64,000 nucleotides of DNA from Escherichia coli (GTDB taxonomy: Bacteria; Pseudomonadota; Gammaproteobacteria; Enterobacterales; Enterobacteriaceae). The first letter of the stretch is position 1. Each line of letters starts with the position of its first letter. The notes under the pieces are model-generated. The model did no database searches, had not been told where the DNA came from, and was given only the letters and a program-made list of their open reading frames with translations. Both the position numbers and the translations under genes were made by a program. Location: NCBI RefSeq assembly GCF_030013595.1, contig NZ_CP122768.1; one strand, 5' to 3'. This document shows, one piece after another, positions 52,012 to 60,977 of the stretch.

Positions 52012-52455
52012 ATGCTTACTTGTTTTGATGTCGCCGACTACTTCCTGTCGCGGTGTGACGAGGATAGCGGTGACACAATCTCTAATTTAAAATTACAAAA
52101 GCTTGTTTACTATGCTCAGGGGTTTTCATTGGCGTTGCTTGGTGAGCCTCTTTTTCAGAATAAGATGGAAGCTTGGATGCATGGCCCTGTTGTCCCTGAG
52201 CTTTATCGCCGTTATAAACAATATGGTAATGGAGCTATCCCTTCTCCAGAGTCTTTTGATGCTGAAAAATTCAGCGAAGAACAGTTAGAGCTATTAGAAG
52301 AAGTCTGGGATGTTTTTGGGCAATTTTCTGCCTGGAAACTGAGGAACATGACACACGAAGAGTCACCATGGAGATCAAACTATATTGAGGGTGTTGGTGG
52401 TTCTGAAATTAGCTCTAAGGAGATGGCAGAGTACTTTGCAACTCGGATTAACTAA
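52012..52455 (+). CDS. Panacea/DUF4065-like (SocA/GepA-type) protein, putative antitoxin-type component
   Basis: MLTCFDVADYFLSRC...NLKLQKLVYYAQGFSLALLGEPLF...AWMHGPVVPELY matches the recalled DUF4065 signature; GAGGTG SD upstream. Confidence 0.55.
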   Translation: MLTCFDVADYFLSRCDEDSGDTISNLKLQKLVYYAQGFSLALLGEPLFQNKMEAWMHGPVVPELYRRYKQYGNGAIPSPESFDAEKFSEEQLELLEEVWDVFGQFSAWKLRNMTHEESPWRSNYIEGVGGSEISSKEMAEYFATRIN

Positions 52456-52459
52456 CGAG

Positions 52460-52879
52460 ATGGCAAGAAAATCTAAAAGGATTATCCCCCCTGCTGAATC
52501 TACAGGTAAGTTAAAGTTAGGGCCGCAGTCAGGGGGGAATTCAGATCAAAAGAAACCGAAATTTTCATTCTGTTACATCCAAAGCTCTCACTGCATAACG
52601 AAATGCCAAAAAGATGAGAAAGCTGGCTTAGCTGATAAATTATACAGATTAAGTCAACTAACATGGGCAGAGATTAAGCAGCAAGGTAGGCATAAGCTTG
52701 GATTTGAGAAGATTGCAAGGGGTGCAATTAAAGCTGGTATCCCCGGTCATATAACGGAAGACGTAGATCATTTCTTGGCTTTTAGATTTGATGATTTGAA
52801 AGCCATGGTTGGTTATCGTCTTGGATCGACATTTTTTGTTATATGGCTTGATAGAGAGTTCAACCTATACAAGCACTAA
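52460..52879 (+). CDS. Unknown partner protein (139 aa), translationally coupled to the Panacea-like gene; candidate toxin/effector
   Basis: ATG 4 bp after the upstream stop; basic N-terminus, Cys/His cluster, C-terminal ...GYRLGSTFFVIWLDREFNLYKH; strong terminator follows. Confidence 0.5.
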   Translation: MARKSKRIIPPAESTGKLKLGPQSGGNSDQKKPKFSFCYIQSSHCITKCQKDEKAGLADKLYRLSQLTWAEIKQQGRHKLGFEKIARGAIKAGIPGHITEDVDHFLAFRFDDLKAMVGYRLGSTFFVIWLDREFNLYKH

Positions 52880-52881
52880 TA

Positions 52882-52908
52882 AAACCCACCGTCAGGTGGG
52901 TTTTTTTG
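52882..52908 (+). terminator. Rho-independent terminator ending the two-gene operon
   Basis: cccacc-gtca-ggtggg hairpin followed by TTTTTTT. Confidence 0.75.
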
Positions 52909-52923
52909 TTGGAGATAAAATGG

Positions 52924-53127
52924 TTAACCAAATCGATCCTTAAAGCGTCTATCGCTGTTGCGTCTCTCCATTTTACTGTTGCAGTACGGACAAAGATGCT
53001 GTTTCTTTCCATCGATAGTCCATGTGAAGTACTTTTTCTTAAATCCAGCACCACAGATATCGCAACTTCTTGGTTTAAACATACTGGCTATGAAGATAAG
53101 AACAACAAATCCTATGATCCATTCCAT
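52924..53127 (-). CDS. Small membrane-anchored zinc-ribbon protein (67 aa)
   Basis: N-terminal TM helix MEWIIGFVVLIFIASMF followed by CDICG...CPYC zinc-ribbon pattern. Confidence 0.35.
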   Translation of the reverse strand: MEWIIGFVVLIFIASMFKPRSCDICGAGFKKKYFTWTIDGKKQHLCPYCNSKMERRNSDRRFKDRFG

Positions 53128-53268
53128 ATCATGTACCTGTTTTAACTTTATTTTTTGATTTTTAGGGATTAATCAGAAACTTTATCTTGCGATTAAGCAA
53201 AGCTACTAGCTAACAAAAGAGTGCGTATACAATCAATCGTTTCACATCAACCTCAACAAGGAGAAATC

Positions 53269-53454
53269 ATGACCATAGAAGAACGCCTGAACAACATTGA
53301 GTTGAACCAAACCCTGCTTGACCAGCGACTTTCAGATCTTGAGCTTAAAGATCTGGATGCGCAAATATCAGAAGCAGAAGCCAAGCTCTCCAGCTTAAAC
53401 CACCGCAAGAAGCAAATCCGCAACAGAATTACTCAGGGACGCGGAAGCCGTTGA
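53269..53454 (+). CDS. Small coiled-coil protein (61 aa)
   Basis: ATG preceded by AAGGAG SD at ideal spacing; heptad-like MTIEERLNNIELNQTLLDQRLSDLELKDLDAQISEAEAKL. Confidence 0.4.
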   Translation: MTIEERLNNIELNQTLLDQRLSDLELKDLDAQISEAEAKLSSLNHRKKQIRNRITQGRGSR

Positions 53455-53463
53455 AATCCTAGT

Positions 53464-53781
53464 CTATTTTTTCTCAGAGCTCATATTGTAATAGGTGGTA
53501 TAAATAGAGATTGATTTCTGACATGCTTCAAGAAATTGCTGCGGAGTCATCCCGAGCCTTGCTTGCTCTGTAGTAAGGAATCTCTGTAAGAATTCATTCC
53601 CACCTGGCATGTTTGTAGATTCTTGGAATATTGCCATTTGTTTGATTGCACCACACATACCAGCCATTTTAGAAGCTATCATGAGGCCTTGTATTTCATC
53701 AAAACTGCTATCGTCTGATTTTGTTTCTGCGTTAGCTATGCTCGAGAGACACAGGAGCAATAGGATAGCGATACGTTTCAT
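53464..53781 (-). CDS. Secreted/periplasmic protein (105 aa, cleavable signal peptide), co-transcribed with the mnt-like gene
   Basis: MKRIAILLLLCLSSIANA signal sequence; start overlaps the mnt-like stop (ATGA). Confidence 0.5.
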   Translation of the reverse strand: MKRIAILLLLCLSSIANAETKSDDSSFDEIQGLMIASKMAGMCGAIKQMAIFQESTNMPGGNEFLQRFLTTEQARLGMTPQQFLEACQKSISIYTTYYNMSSEKK

Positions 53782-54029
53782 TTTTCACCATTGCCATGCA
53801 TACATTTTAACTTCTCAACATCATGCTCAAGCTCTATCAGTCGCGATGCTATAGTTGCAAGATCTAGTGCTTGAATGTGTTTGTTTTTTTCGGTCCATGC
53901 TTCAAGTGCTGCGACCATCTCAGCATTTAATGAACGAGAATTAGCCTCAGCCAGTTCAATAAGACGTTCCTTTATCTCTACAGGAAGCCTCAGATTCACT
54001 TGAGGGTTTTTGTACTTACGATCAGACAT
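53778..54029 (-). CDS. Mnt-like ribbon-helix-helix repressor (Arc/MetJ family)
   Basis: 83 aa; N-terminal ...NLRLPVEIKERLIELAEANSRSLNAEMVAALEAW RHH fold; divergent from the arc/ant pair as in P22 immI. Confidence 0.7.
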   Translation of the reverse strand: MSDRKYKNPQVNLRLPVEIKERLIELAEANSRSLNAEMVAALEAWTEKNKHIQALDLATIASRLIELEHDVEKLKCMHGNGEK

Positions 54030-54104
54030 CGGCGCATCCTGAATAATTTTTTACCACAGGATATGTAGGTATCTATTGACTATCAATGCGTACCTAAATA
54101 CTAT

Positions 54105-54121
54105 GTATGCGTACCACATAC
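54105..54121. promoter_or_regulatory. Candidate operator: imperfect palindrome GTATGCGTACCACATAC with ATGCGTACC repeated 21 bp upstream
   Basis: In the divergent mnt-like/arc-like intergenic region, just upstream of the arc-like start. Confidence 0.4.
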
Positions 54122-54133
54122 AAAGGAGCAAAA

Positions 54134-54280
54134 ATGAAAGTTAAGACATTAAGGATGCCAGAATGGCTGGAAAAGGCTTTGGAGCAGTCCGCGAAAAAGG
54201 ATGATCGGTCGTTCAGTAATGAGGTATTGAGGAGACTAAAGGAGTCAGTAGCTAAGGATGGAATTGTTTGTCCAGAATGA
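54134..54280 (+). CDS. Arc-like ribbon-helix-helix repressor (48 aa; below ORF-track cutoff)
   Basis: Manual translation MKVKTLRMPEWLEKALEQSAKKDDRSFSNEVLRRLKESVAKDGIVCPE; GGAG SD upstream; precedes the ant-like gene. Confidence 0.55.
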   Translation: MKVKTLRMPEWLEKALEQSAKKDDRSFSNEVLRRLKESVAKDGIVCPE

Positions 54281-54346
54281 GTAAAGCCCAAGCTATTGCG
54301 AGTAGCTCGGGCTTAAATCGCCAGTAAATTTTGAGGAAAAACTGAC

Positions 54347-55276
54347 ATGAAAAGTATAGCAACAGCAGTATCTACTATCAACGTGCCATTCCACGGCGCA
54401 GAGCTTTATGTCGTCAATCACAACGGTGAGCCGTACACCCCAATGAAACCTATCGTTGAAGGTATGGGTATGGATTGGGCTTCACAGTTTACGAAAATAA
54501 AGCAACGGTTTAAAACCTCCATTGTGAAAATCACAATGCAGCTTCCTGGTGATGAACAGTGCCGTGAGATTATTTGTTTGGCACTTCGCAAACTTGCTGG
54601 CTGGCTGCAAACCATCAGTCCAAACAAAGTCCGCCCTGAAATCCGCGACAAGGTAATCCAGTATCAGGAAGAGTGTGACGATGTGCTATACGAGTACTGG
54701 ACTAAAGGCCATGTAGTTAACCCACGCAAAGCTAAAAAGGCGTTGCCGGGTAAAATCACCACTGAACAGCAGGAAGCCATTAAACAACTCGTCATGAGTC
54801 GCGGTCAGTCTCTGCCAAAAGAAAAACAGGCTAAGGCGATGATCACCATGTGGTCGTCACTGAAATCCCATTTTGGATGTTCGTACAAAGAAATCAGTGA
54901 GGAGCAGTTTACCGAAGCACTGTCACTTGCTGCTCGAGTTCCACTTGAAGGTGAGTTCATTGGCAAACAAGAGAAGAAAACCAACGAGCTTTCTGCAAAA
55001 GAAGCAAACAGCCTTGTATGGCTCTGGGATTATGCTAACCGTTCACAGGCATTATTCCGCGAATTGTATCCGGCGCTAAAACAAATTCAATCGAACTATT
55101 CCGGCAGATGCTACGACTACGGTCATGAATTCTCGTATGTTATCGGAATGGCGAGAGACGTTTTAATCAATCACACACGAGATGTTGATATTAATGAGCC
55201 AGACGGACCAACGAATCTTTCCGCATGGATGAGACTTAAGAATAAAGAATTACCTCCTTCAGTACATAACTACTGA
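54347..55276 (+). CDS. Antirepressor (Ant-like)
   Basis: 309-aa ORF following the arc-like gene, in the position of P22 ant. Confidence 0.6.
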   Translation: MKSIATAVSTINVPFHGAELYVVNHNGEPYTPMKPIVEGMGMDWASQFTKIKQRFKTSIVKITMQLPGDEQCREIICLALRKLAGWLQTISPNKVRPEIRDKVIQYQEECDDVLYEYWTKGHVVNPRKAKKALPGKITTEQQEAIKQLVMSRGQSLPKEKQAKAMITMWSSLKSHFGCSYKEISEEQFTEALSLAARVPLEGEFIGKQEKKTNELSAKEANSLVWLWDYANRSQALFRELYPALKQIQSNYSGRCYDYGHEFSYVIGMARDVLINHTRDVDINEPDGPTNLSAWMRLKNKELPPSVHNY

Positions 55277-55376
55277 CAGATAACCAACGCAACGACCCAG
55301 CTTCGGCTGGGTTTTTTTATGCCCAAAATTCACCGTGGCCACGCTGCGGCGATTCATTGTATCTGGAGCAAATTAA

Positions 55377-57272
55377 ATGACAGACATTACAGCCAATGTG
55401 ATCGTATCGATGCCTTCGCAACTCTTCACTATGGCGCGTTCTTTTAAAGCCGTAGCCAATGGCAAAATTTATATAGGGAAAATTGACACTGACCCGGTAA
55501 ATCCTGAAAACCAGATTCAGGTTTATGTGGAGAATGAAGATGGCTCTCACGTTCCTGTTTCGCAACCAATAATCATTAACGCTGCCGGATATCCGGTATA
55601 TAACGGACAGATTGCCAAGTTCGTAACTGTGCAAGGCCATTCTATGGCTGTTTATGATGCGTATGGGGCGCAGCAGTTCTATTTTCCTAATGTGCTGAAG
55701 TATGACCCTGACCAATTAAGACAGGAGCTATCTAAGCAGACTGATGGTTATTTTTTTAACCTTCCTCAAGGTGGTGTACTACATGATGCAATAAAGTATG
55801 TAACACCAGAAATGTATATCAATACATCTTCAGATATTACATCTGCTATACAAAGTGCATTTGACAATGGAAATGTGATTGATATGTCAGGTAGAGACTG
55901 GACTCTTGAGAGAACAATCCATGTCGGTGATGGCACTGAAATAAAGTTAGGCGCATCAACAATTACATGTCAACTTGGTTCTAAACCTGCTTTTGACTTT
56001 AGAGGAACAGATAAAGGACTCCTGGTCACAGGAGGTAAGTTTATTGGTAATTGCTCTGCAGTATTTTATTTCCAAGGGACTACTGCTTTCCCTTCTCAAT
56101 CAGGTCACTATGCAAGAAAAATAAGAATATACGGCACAGATGCTACTTCAGATACGGATGAGATAATTGATTTCATCTATATGAAGGACGCTGTAAGGCA
56201 AGTTTTTATTGATTCATGTTATGCATATGTAAAAAACGGCATTACTGCAAGCGGGAAATGTGTGGAGGTGAAAGTCCAAAAAAGCATATTCAACTCAGGA
56301 ACTTCCGATCAAAGTTCTTCTAGGATAAGTCTAAATTCACCGTCAGGAGCAAGTTATTACAACGAAGGTTGGCATTTTAGTGATTGTACAATTGATGGAG
56401 TTGGAAAATCATTTAATGTTACCGATATATATTCGTTAACCATCAATGGAGGATTTATCGGTGGTGAGGTTGCGTTTGGACAGCCAATAACAACACATTG
56501 CCGTGAGATCGTACTCGGTGGTGGATTAATCATGAAAGGGCGTGTTACTTTCACGCCAACCGTACAATATGACTACAGGGCCAACATATCTCCTTCTCTT
56601 ATGTTTGGTAATGGTGGAGTTGGAAACGTGGTCCTTAATGCAGGTGCTTCAGGCATCAACGTTAGCACAAAACTTGAAAGTTCTGGTGTTTCAGGAGGAA
56701 CTGGCGTTATTGTTAATGAAGGATGTTCTAATGTTAACGTTGACCTGAGCGCTGATAATACGTATGAAAGACTGGCGTCATTCAATGGTTACGGACCAAG
56801 GTGTTCCGCTTTGATACGTAACTACATGGGAAGCTCTCACCCAATTTATACAGAGCGACCATTAAAGATTATATCATCGCCTGTCACTGACGACGCTGGT
56901 TCTCTGCAGGTTATGAGTTTTGTAAATATACCAGCAGGAAGCTATATTGTTGGTTCTGTTATGTCTGAGGTGAAAGTGACTGCACCAAAAGGTTCTAGAG
57001 GGAAAATTTCTCTTACCATTTCACTGAGTGGATTAACAGGCACATCTTCACAGGCGCTTATTGTAAATATTCCTGCCGGAATGGTTACCCCATCCGGTTT
57101 AGGTTGGGCTTCAAATGTTATTAGACCTCAGTTTGCGGCTGGAATAATGAGTATTGAAATACCATTTTATACAACCACAGACATTGCAGAATCCTCATTA
57201 TCTGTATCTAATTTCTCAGGAAATACAGCAATTGTTGGACTAAACTCTTACATTGGATATTTTTTGATATGA
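55377..57272 (+). CDS. Tailspike protein: conserved P22/Sf6/HK620-type head-binding domain + divergent beta-helix receptor-binding domain
   Basis: N-terminal ~113 aa [60 protein letters not shown]...VLKYDPDQ; remainder Gly/Ser/Thr/Asn-rich and repetitive. Confidence 0.85.
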   Translation: MTDITANVIVSMPSQLFTMARSFKAVANGKIYIGKIDTDPVNPENQIQVYVENEDGSHVPVSQPIIINAAGYPVYNGQIAKFVTVQGHSMAVYDAYGAQQFYFPNVLKYDPDQLRQELSKQTDGYFFNLPQGGVLHDAIKYVTPEMYINTSSDITSAIQSAFDNGNVIDMSGRDWTLERTIHVGDGTEIKLGASTITCQLGSKPAFDFRGTDKGLLVTGGKFIGNCSAVFYFQGTTAFPSQSGHYARKIRIYGTDATSDTDEIIDFIYMKDAVRQVFIDSCYAYVKNGITASGKCVEVKVQKSIFNSGTSDQSSSRISLNSPSGASYYNEGWHFSDCTIDGVGKSFNVTDIYSLTINGGFIGGEVAFGQPITTHCREIVLGGGLIMKGRVTFTPTVQYDYRANISPSLMFGNGGVGNVVLNAGASGINVSTKLESSGVSGGTGVIVNEGCSNVNVDLSADNTYERLASFNGYGPRCSALIRNYMGSSHPIYTERPLKIISSPVTDDAGSLQVMSFVNIPAGSYIVGSVMSEVKVTAPKGSRGKISLTISLSGLTGTSSQALIVNIPAGMVTPSGLGWASNVIRPQFAAGIMSIEIPFYTTTDIAESSLSVSNFSGNTAIVGLNSYIGYFLI

Positions 57273-57348
57273 TAGGAAATATCGTGTGAGAAAAATTATC
57301 GCAAAGCATCTAAACATGTGAAGATGGTGAGATACTTTGCGATATCAA

Positions 57349-58539
57349 TTATTCATTTTCATCAAGCCAGTCCGCCCACCACTGCATCATTTCTCTGCGC
57401 TTGTCTAGATACTGAGCATGGTTGTAAATCCCACGCACAGATCCGCCGTTGGCATGTGCCAGTTGCACTTCAATAGCGTCAGCAGGCCATTCGTGCTCGT
57501 TCATAATTGTGCTGAATTCATGCCTGAATCCGTGACCGCTTTCCAGACCCTCATAGCCGATTTGTTTGATCACAAGCAATACCGCGTTCTCGCAGATTGG
57601 CTTCTTCTTATCGTTGCGCCCTGCAAAAACAAACTCTGATACTGGTTTGGTGATGGAGCTTAACGTAGTGAGAAGTTCAACCACCTGGTCTGACATCGGG
57701 ACCACATGAATTTTGCGTCCCTTCATCACGCTGGCGTCGATGGTGATAATCCTGTTTTCAAAATCGACGTTCTTCCATTGCATGGAGCGAAGCTCTTTCG
57801 TTCTTAGGGCTGTATAACGTAAAACTTTTGTCGCAATAAGCGATACGATACTTCCTGAAAATGTTGCCAGTGCTTTGTTGAATGCCGGGATCTGGTCTGC
57901 AGGAAGAAACGGGAAGTTCTTCTTGCGGTATCCTTTCATGGCGTCTGCAAGGTCAGGTGCCGGGTTATATTTAGCCCTTCCGGTGACAATAGCGTAACGG
58001 AAAACCTCTCCGCATCTTCTGCGGGCTTTGTTGGCTCGCTCCATTGCACCGCGATCTTCAAACCTGCGGATTACTTCAAGAAGTTGCATCGGCTCAATAT
58101 CCTGAATTTCAAGACCGCCGATGATGGGTAAAATGTCGTCATCAAACATTTTGGCAAGTTCAGTCGCATACCCTACAGACCAGACTTGCTTCTTGTGCTC
58201 GTACCATTCCTTGTAAATGGCGCTAAAGGAATTGTTGTTAGACGAAGCCTTTTTCGCTTTTACCGGATCGATGCCAACCGAGATGTCTTTCCTCGCAGTC
58301 CATGCTTTATCCCTTGCCTCTTGCAAAGTCATAAGCGGATATTTTCCGACGGTCAGGATTTTCTCCTTACCGTCAATCTTGTAGCGAAGCTGCCATACCT
58401 TTTTCCCGGATACAGGGACATAAAGGTACAATCCATTACCATCGAGAAGGCGGTATGGTTTTTCTTTCGGCTTTGCTGCTTCAATCTGCTTAACGGTGAG
58501 CATGGGTAAAAATCCGGTGGGTAAAATTATTTTATCCAC
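57349..58539 (-). CDS. intS: Tyrosine integrase, P4-type (IntS-like); start possibly at internal Met 58503
   Basis: ...MLTVKQIEAAKPKEKPYRLLDGNGLYLYV... with C-terminal catalytic region (HGFRH ... Y); directly adjacent to argW. Confidence 0.9.
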   Translation of the reverse strand: MDKIILPTGFLPMLTVKQIEAAKPKEKPYRLLDGNGLYLYVPVSGKKVWQLRYKIDGKEKILTVGKYPLMTLQEARDKAWTARKDISVGIDPVKAKKASSNNNSFSAIYKEWYEHKKQVWSVGYATELAKMFDDDILPIIGGLEIQDIEPMQLLEVIRRFEDRGAMERANKARRRCGEVFRYAIVTGRAKYNPAPDLADAMKGYRKKNFPFLPADQIPAFNKALATFSGSIVSLIATKVLRYTALRTKELRSMQWKNVDFENRIITIDASVMKGRKIHVVPMSDQVVELLTTLSSITKPVSEFVFAGRNDKKKPICENAVLLVIKQIGYEGLESGHGFRHEFSTIMNEHEWPADAIEVQLAHANGGSVRGIYNHAQYLDKRREMMQWWADWLDENE

Positions 58540-58664
58540 TTTTTACCCGTCATGGAGTGCGGCTGTCAACGATCTGACGCGAACCATTACGAACTGTGAA
58601 TCTACGGAAGGCTTGATATTCAGGGGATTTTGCGGACTGGTACGGATGGGAGCGAACTGATAAA

Positions 58665-58679
58665 TGGTGTCCCCTGCAG
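58665..58679. repeat. Prophage attR core: 15-bp direct repeat (tggtgtcccctgcag) within the argW 3' end
   Basis: Exact copy of 19143..19157. Confidence 0.7.
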
Positions 58680-58739
58680 GAATCGAACCTGCAATTAGCC
58701 CTTAGGAGGGGCTCGTTATATCCATTTAACTAAGAGGAC
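58665..58739 (-). tRNA. argW: tRNA-Arg (anticodon CCU), argW; prophage attR at its 3' end
   Basis: Reverse complement reads GTCCTCTTAGTTAAATGGATATAACGAGCCCCTCCTAAGGGCTAATTGCAGGTTCGATTCCTGCAGGGGACACCA. Confidence 0.9.
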
Positions 58740-58814
58740 AATGCGGCATGAGTATACCCGCTAATGGACTGCGGGGTAAGTACGCTGCCGCTCGATTGCT
58801 TAAACCCTCGCCAT

Positions 58815-59747
58815 TTATGCCGGGTTTTTATCATTTTTCTTAATGTTTTCCGCACGTTCTGCTTTTTGGCGTGCTTCTGCTTTGCGCTTGTTGCTCATGT
58901 CGTTGCGGATCTGTGCATGACTCATTAACGCGAAGATAAAGGTGCCGCCGCAGATGTTCCCCGCTAAAGTAGGTAGTGCGAAGGGCCAGATGAAATCGCT
59001 CCAGTGCAGCGTACCGTTAAACACCAGATAGAGGATTTCAACAGAACCGACAACGATGTGAGTGGTGTCACCCAGGGCAATAAGCCAGGTCATCAATATA
59101 ATCACCACAATCTTTGCCGCACCCGCTGCAGGAAACATCCATACCATAGTGGCGATCAGCCAGCCGGAAATGATCGCGTTGGCAAACATCTCGCTGGGGG
59201 TGTTCTTCATCACATCCATGCCGATTTTGACAAATGCATCGCGAGTTTCTTCATTGAAGATTGGCATATATTCAAATGCCCACGCCGCAATACCTGTCCC
59301 GAGAATATTACCCAGCAGCACGACGCCCCATAACCGCATAAGTAAGCCAACGTTGCTCATTGTCGGTTTTTGCATGACGGGTAGTACCGCAGTCACGGTG
59401 TTTTCGGTAAATAATTGCTGGCGGGCCATAATGACGATAATAAAACCAAAGGTATAACCGAGATTCTCCAGCAAGAAGCTGCCCGGCACGCCTTCCAGTT
59501 CGACATGAAATATCCCTTTTGCCAGTAATGAAGCGCCCATCGACAGACCCGCCGCAATGGCTGACCACAGTAGTGCCATTGCGTCGCGTTCCAGCTCTTT
59601 TTCACCATCCTGGCGGATATGCTCATGAATTGCCATCGCCCGGGAGGGGAGTCGGTCTTCATCTATTTCTATTTTTTTGCCGCGCTCTTTTTCTTCGCTC
59701 TCAACTTCAATTTCGTCGCTGTGTTGATCAATTTTGTCGTTGTCCAT
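58815..59747 (-). CDS. yfdC: Formate/nitrite transporter-family inner membrane protein YfdC
   Basis: Polytopic membrane ORF; start set at internal Met MDNDKIDQHSDEIE... of the 349-aa ORF. Confidence 0.8.
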   Translation of the reverse strand: MDNDKIDQHSDEIEVESEEKERGKKIEIDEDRLPSRAMAIHEHIRQDGEKELERDAMALLWSAIAAGLSMGASLLAKGIFHVELEGVPGSFLLENLGYTFGFIIVIMARQQLFTENTVTAVLPVMQKPTMSNVGLLMRLWGVVLLGNILGTGIAAWAFEYMPIFNEETRDAFVKIGMDVMKNTPSEMFANAIISGWLIATMVWMFPAAGAAKIVVIILMTWLIALGDTTHIVVGSVEILYLVFNGTLHWSDFIWPFALPTLAGNICGGTFIFALMSHAQIRNDMSNKRKAEARQKAERAENIKKNDKNPA

Positions 59748-60040
59748 GGTCTCTTCTCTTGAATTAGCACGTATAGCTAAAGCGTAGCGGCTTTTTTGCT
59801 CGCAACTGGCGGGAGTTACTCTGAAAATGTAGAAAAGGCCGCGTTTGCCTTTTTCTGTTTCCATAGAATCAAGTAGCCTACAGGGCGGCGATTACCAGGC
59901 TATGATCAAATCAGCAAATCAGGGCGTCTGGACATCAGTTGACGTGCTGTTACAATCGCCCACACCTAAACAGGCGGATACGGTATCGTTCCGTCATGGA
60001 TGGCAAACTGCATAAGCCATAAAAAAACAGGGAGACATTT

Positions 60041-60796
60041 ATGAAGCTTCGCCTGTCGGCGCTTGCTCTGGGAACTACGCTTCTGGTGGGGTGTGCGAGT
60101 TCCGGTACAGATCAGCAAGGGCGTTCTGACCCGTTAGAAGGGTTCAACCGCACCATGTACAACTTTAACTTCAATGTATTAGACCCGTATATTGTTCGAC
60201 CGGTCGCTGTCGCCTGGCGTGATTATGTTCCGCAACCGGCGCGTAACGGTTTGAGCAATTTTACCGGCAACCTTGAAGAACCTGCGGTGATGGTTAACTA
60301 CTTCTTGCAGGGCGACCCTTATCAGGGGATGGTCCACTTTACCCGCTTTTTCCTGAACACCATTTTGGGGATGGGCGGCTTTATTGATGTTGCAGGGATG
60401 GCGAACCCGAAACTGCAACGGACTGAACCTCACCGCTTCGGTAGTACGCTTGGTCATTATGGCGTGGGTTATGGCCCGTACGTTCAATTACCGTTCTACG
60501 GTAGCTTCACGCTGCGTGATGACGGTGGTGATATGGTGGATGGTCTTTACCCGGTTCTTTCCTGGTTGACCTGGCCGATGTCTGTGGGTAAATGGACGCT
60601 TGAAGGTATCGAAACCCGCGCACAGCTGCTGGATTCCGACGGTCTGCTGCGTCAGTCGTCCGATCCTTACATTATGGTGCGCGAAGCGTACTTCCAGCGT
60701 CATGATTTCATCGCTAATGGCGGCGAACTCAAACCGCAGGAAAATCCGAACGCGCAAGCGATTCAGGATGATTTAAAAGATATCGATTCTGAATAA
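60041..60796 (+). CDS. mlaA: Outer-membrane lipoprotein MlaA (VacJ)
   Basis: 251 aa with lipoprotein signal MKLRLSALALGTTLLVGCASS. Confidence 0.9.
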   Translation: MKLRLSALALGTTLLVGCASSGTDQQGRSDPLEGFNRTMYNFNFNVLDPYIVRPVAVAWRDYVPQPARNGLSNFTGNLEEPAVMVNYFLQGDPYQGMVHFTRFFLNTILGMGGFIDVAGMANPKLQRTEPHRFGSTLGHYGVGYGPYVQLPFYGSFTLRDDGGDMVDGLYPVLSWLTWPMSVGKWTLEGIETRAQLLDSDGLLRQSSDPYIMVREAYFQRHDFIANGGELKPQENPNAQAIQDDLKDIDSE

Positions 60797-60804
60797 GAAA
60801 CAAA

Positions 60805-60840
60805 TAAAAAAGGTGAGTCGCAAAACTCACCTTTTTTGTT
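60805..60840 (+). terminator. Rho-independent terminator after mlaA (A-run/T-run flanked)
   Basis: aggtgagt-cgcaaa-actcacct hairpin followed by TTTTTT. Confidence 0.75.
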
Positions 60841-60977
60841 GTTATCCCTCAATTACCACAAGTAAAAGGAGATAAACCGACAATGACCCGGACGTAATGA
60901 TGTAAAAATACTGATGTTCGTCATTGACTATTTCCGATATTCAGTCGTTGAAAAATCAAAAAACTGGAAAAATAATT

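Noticed and set aside
59004-59767. Antisense ORFs within yfdC
   Set aside because: Embedded in a polytopic membrane protein gene; typical shadow frames.
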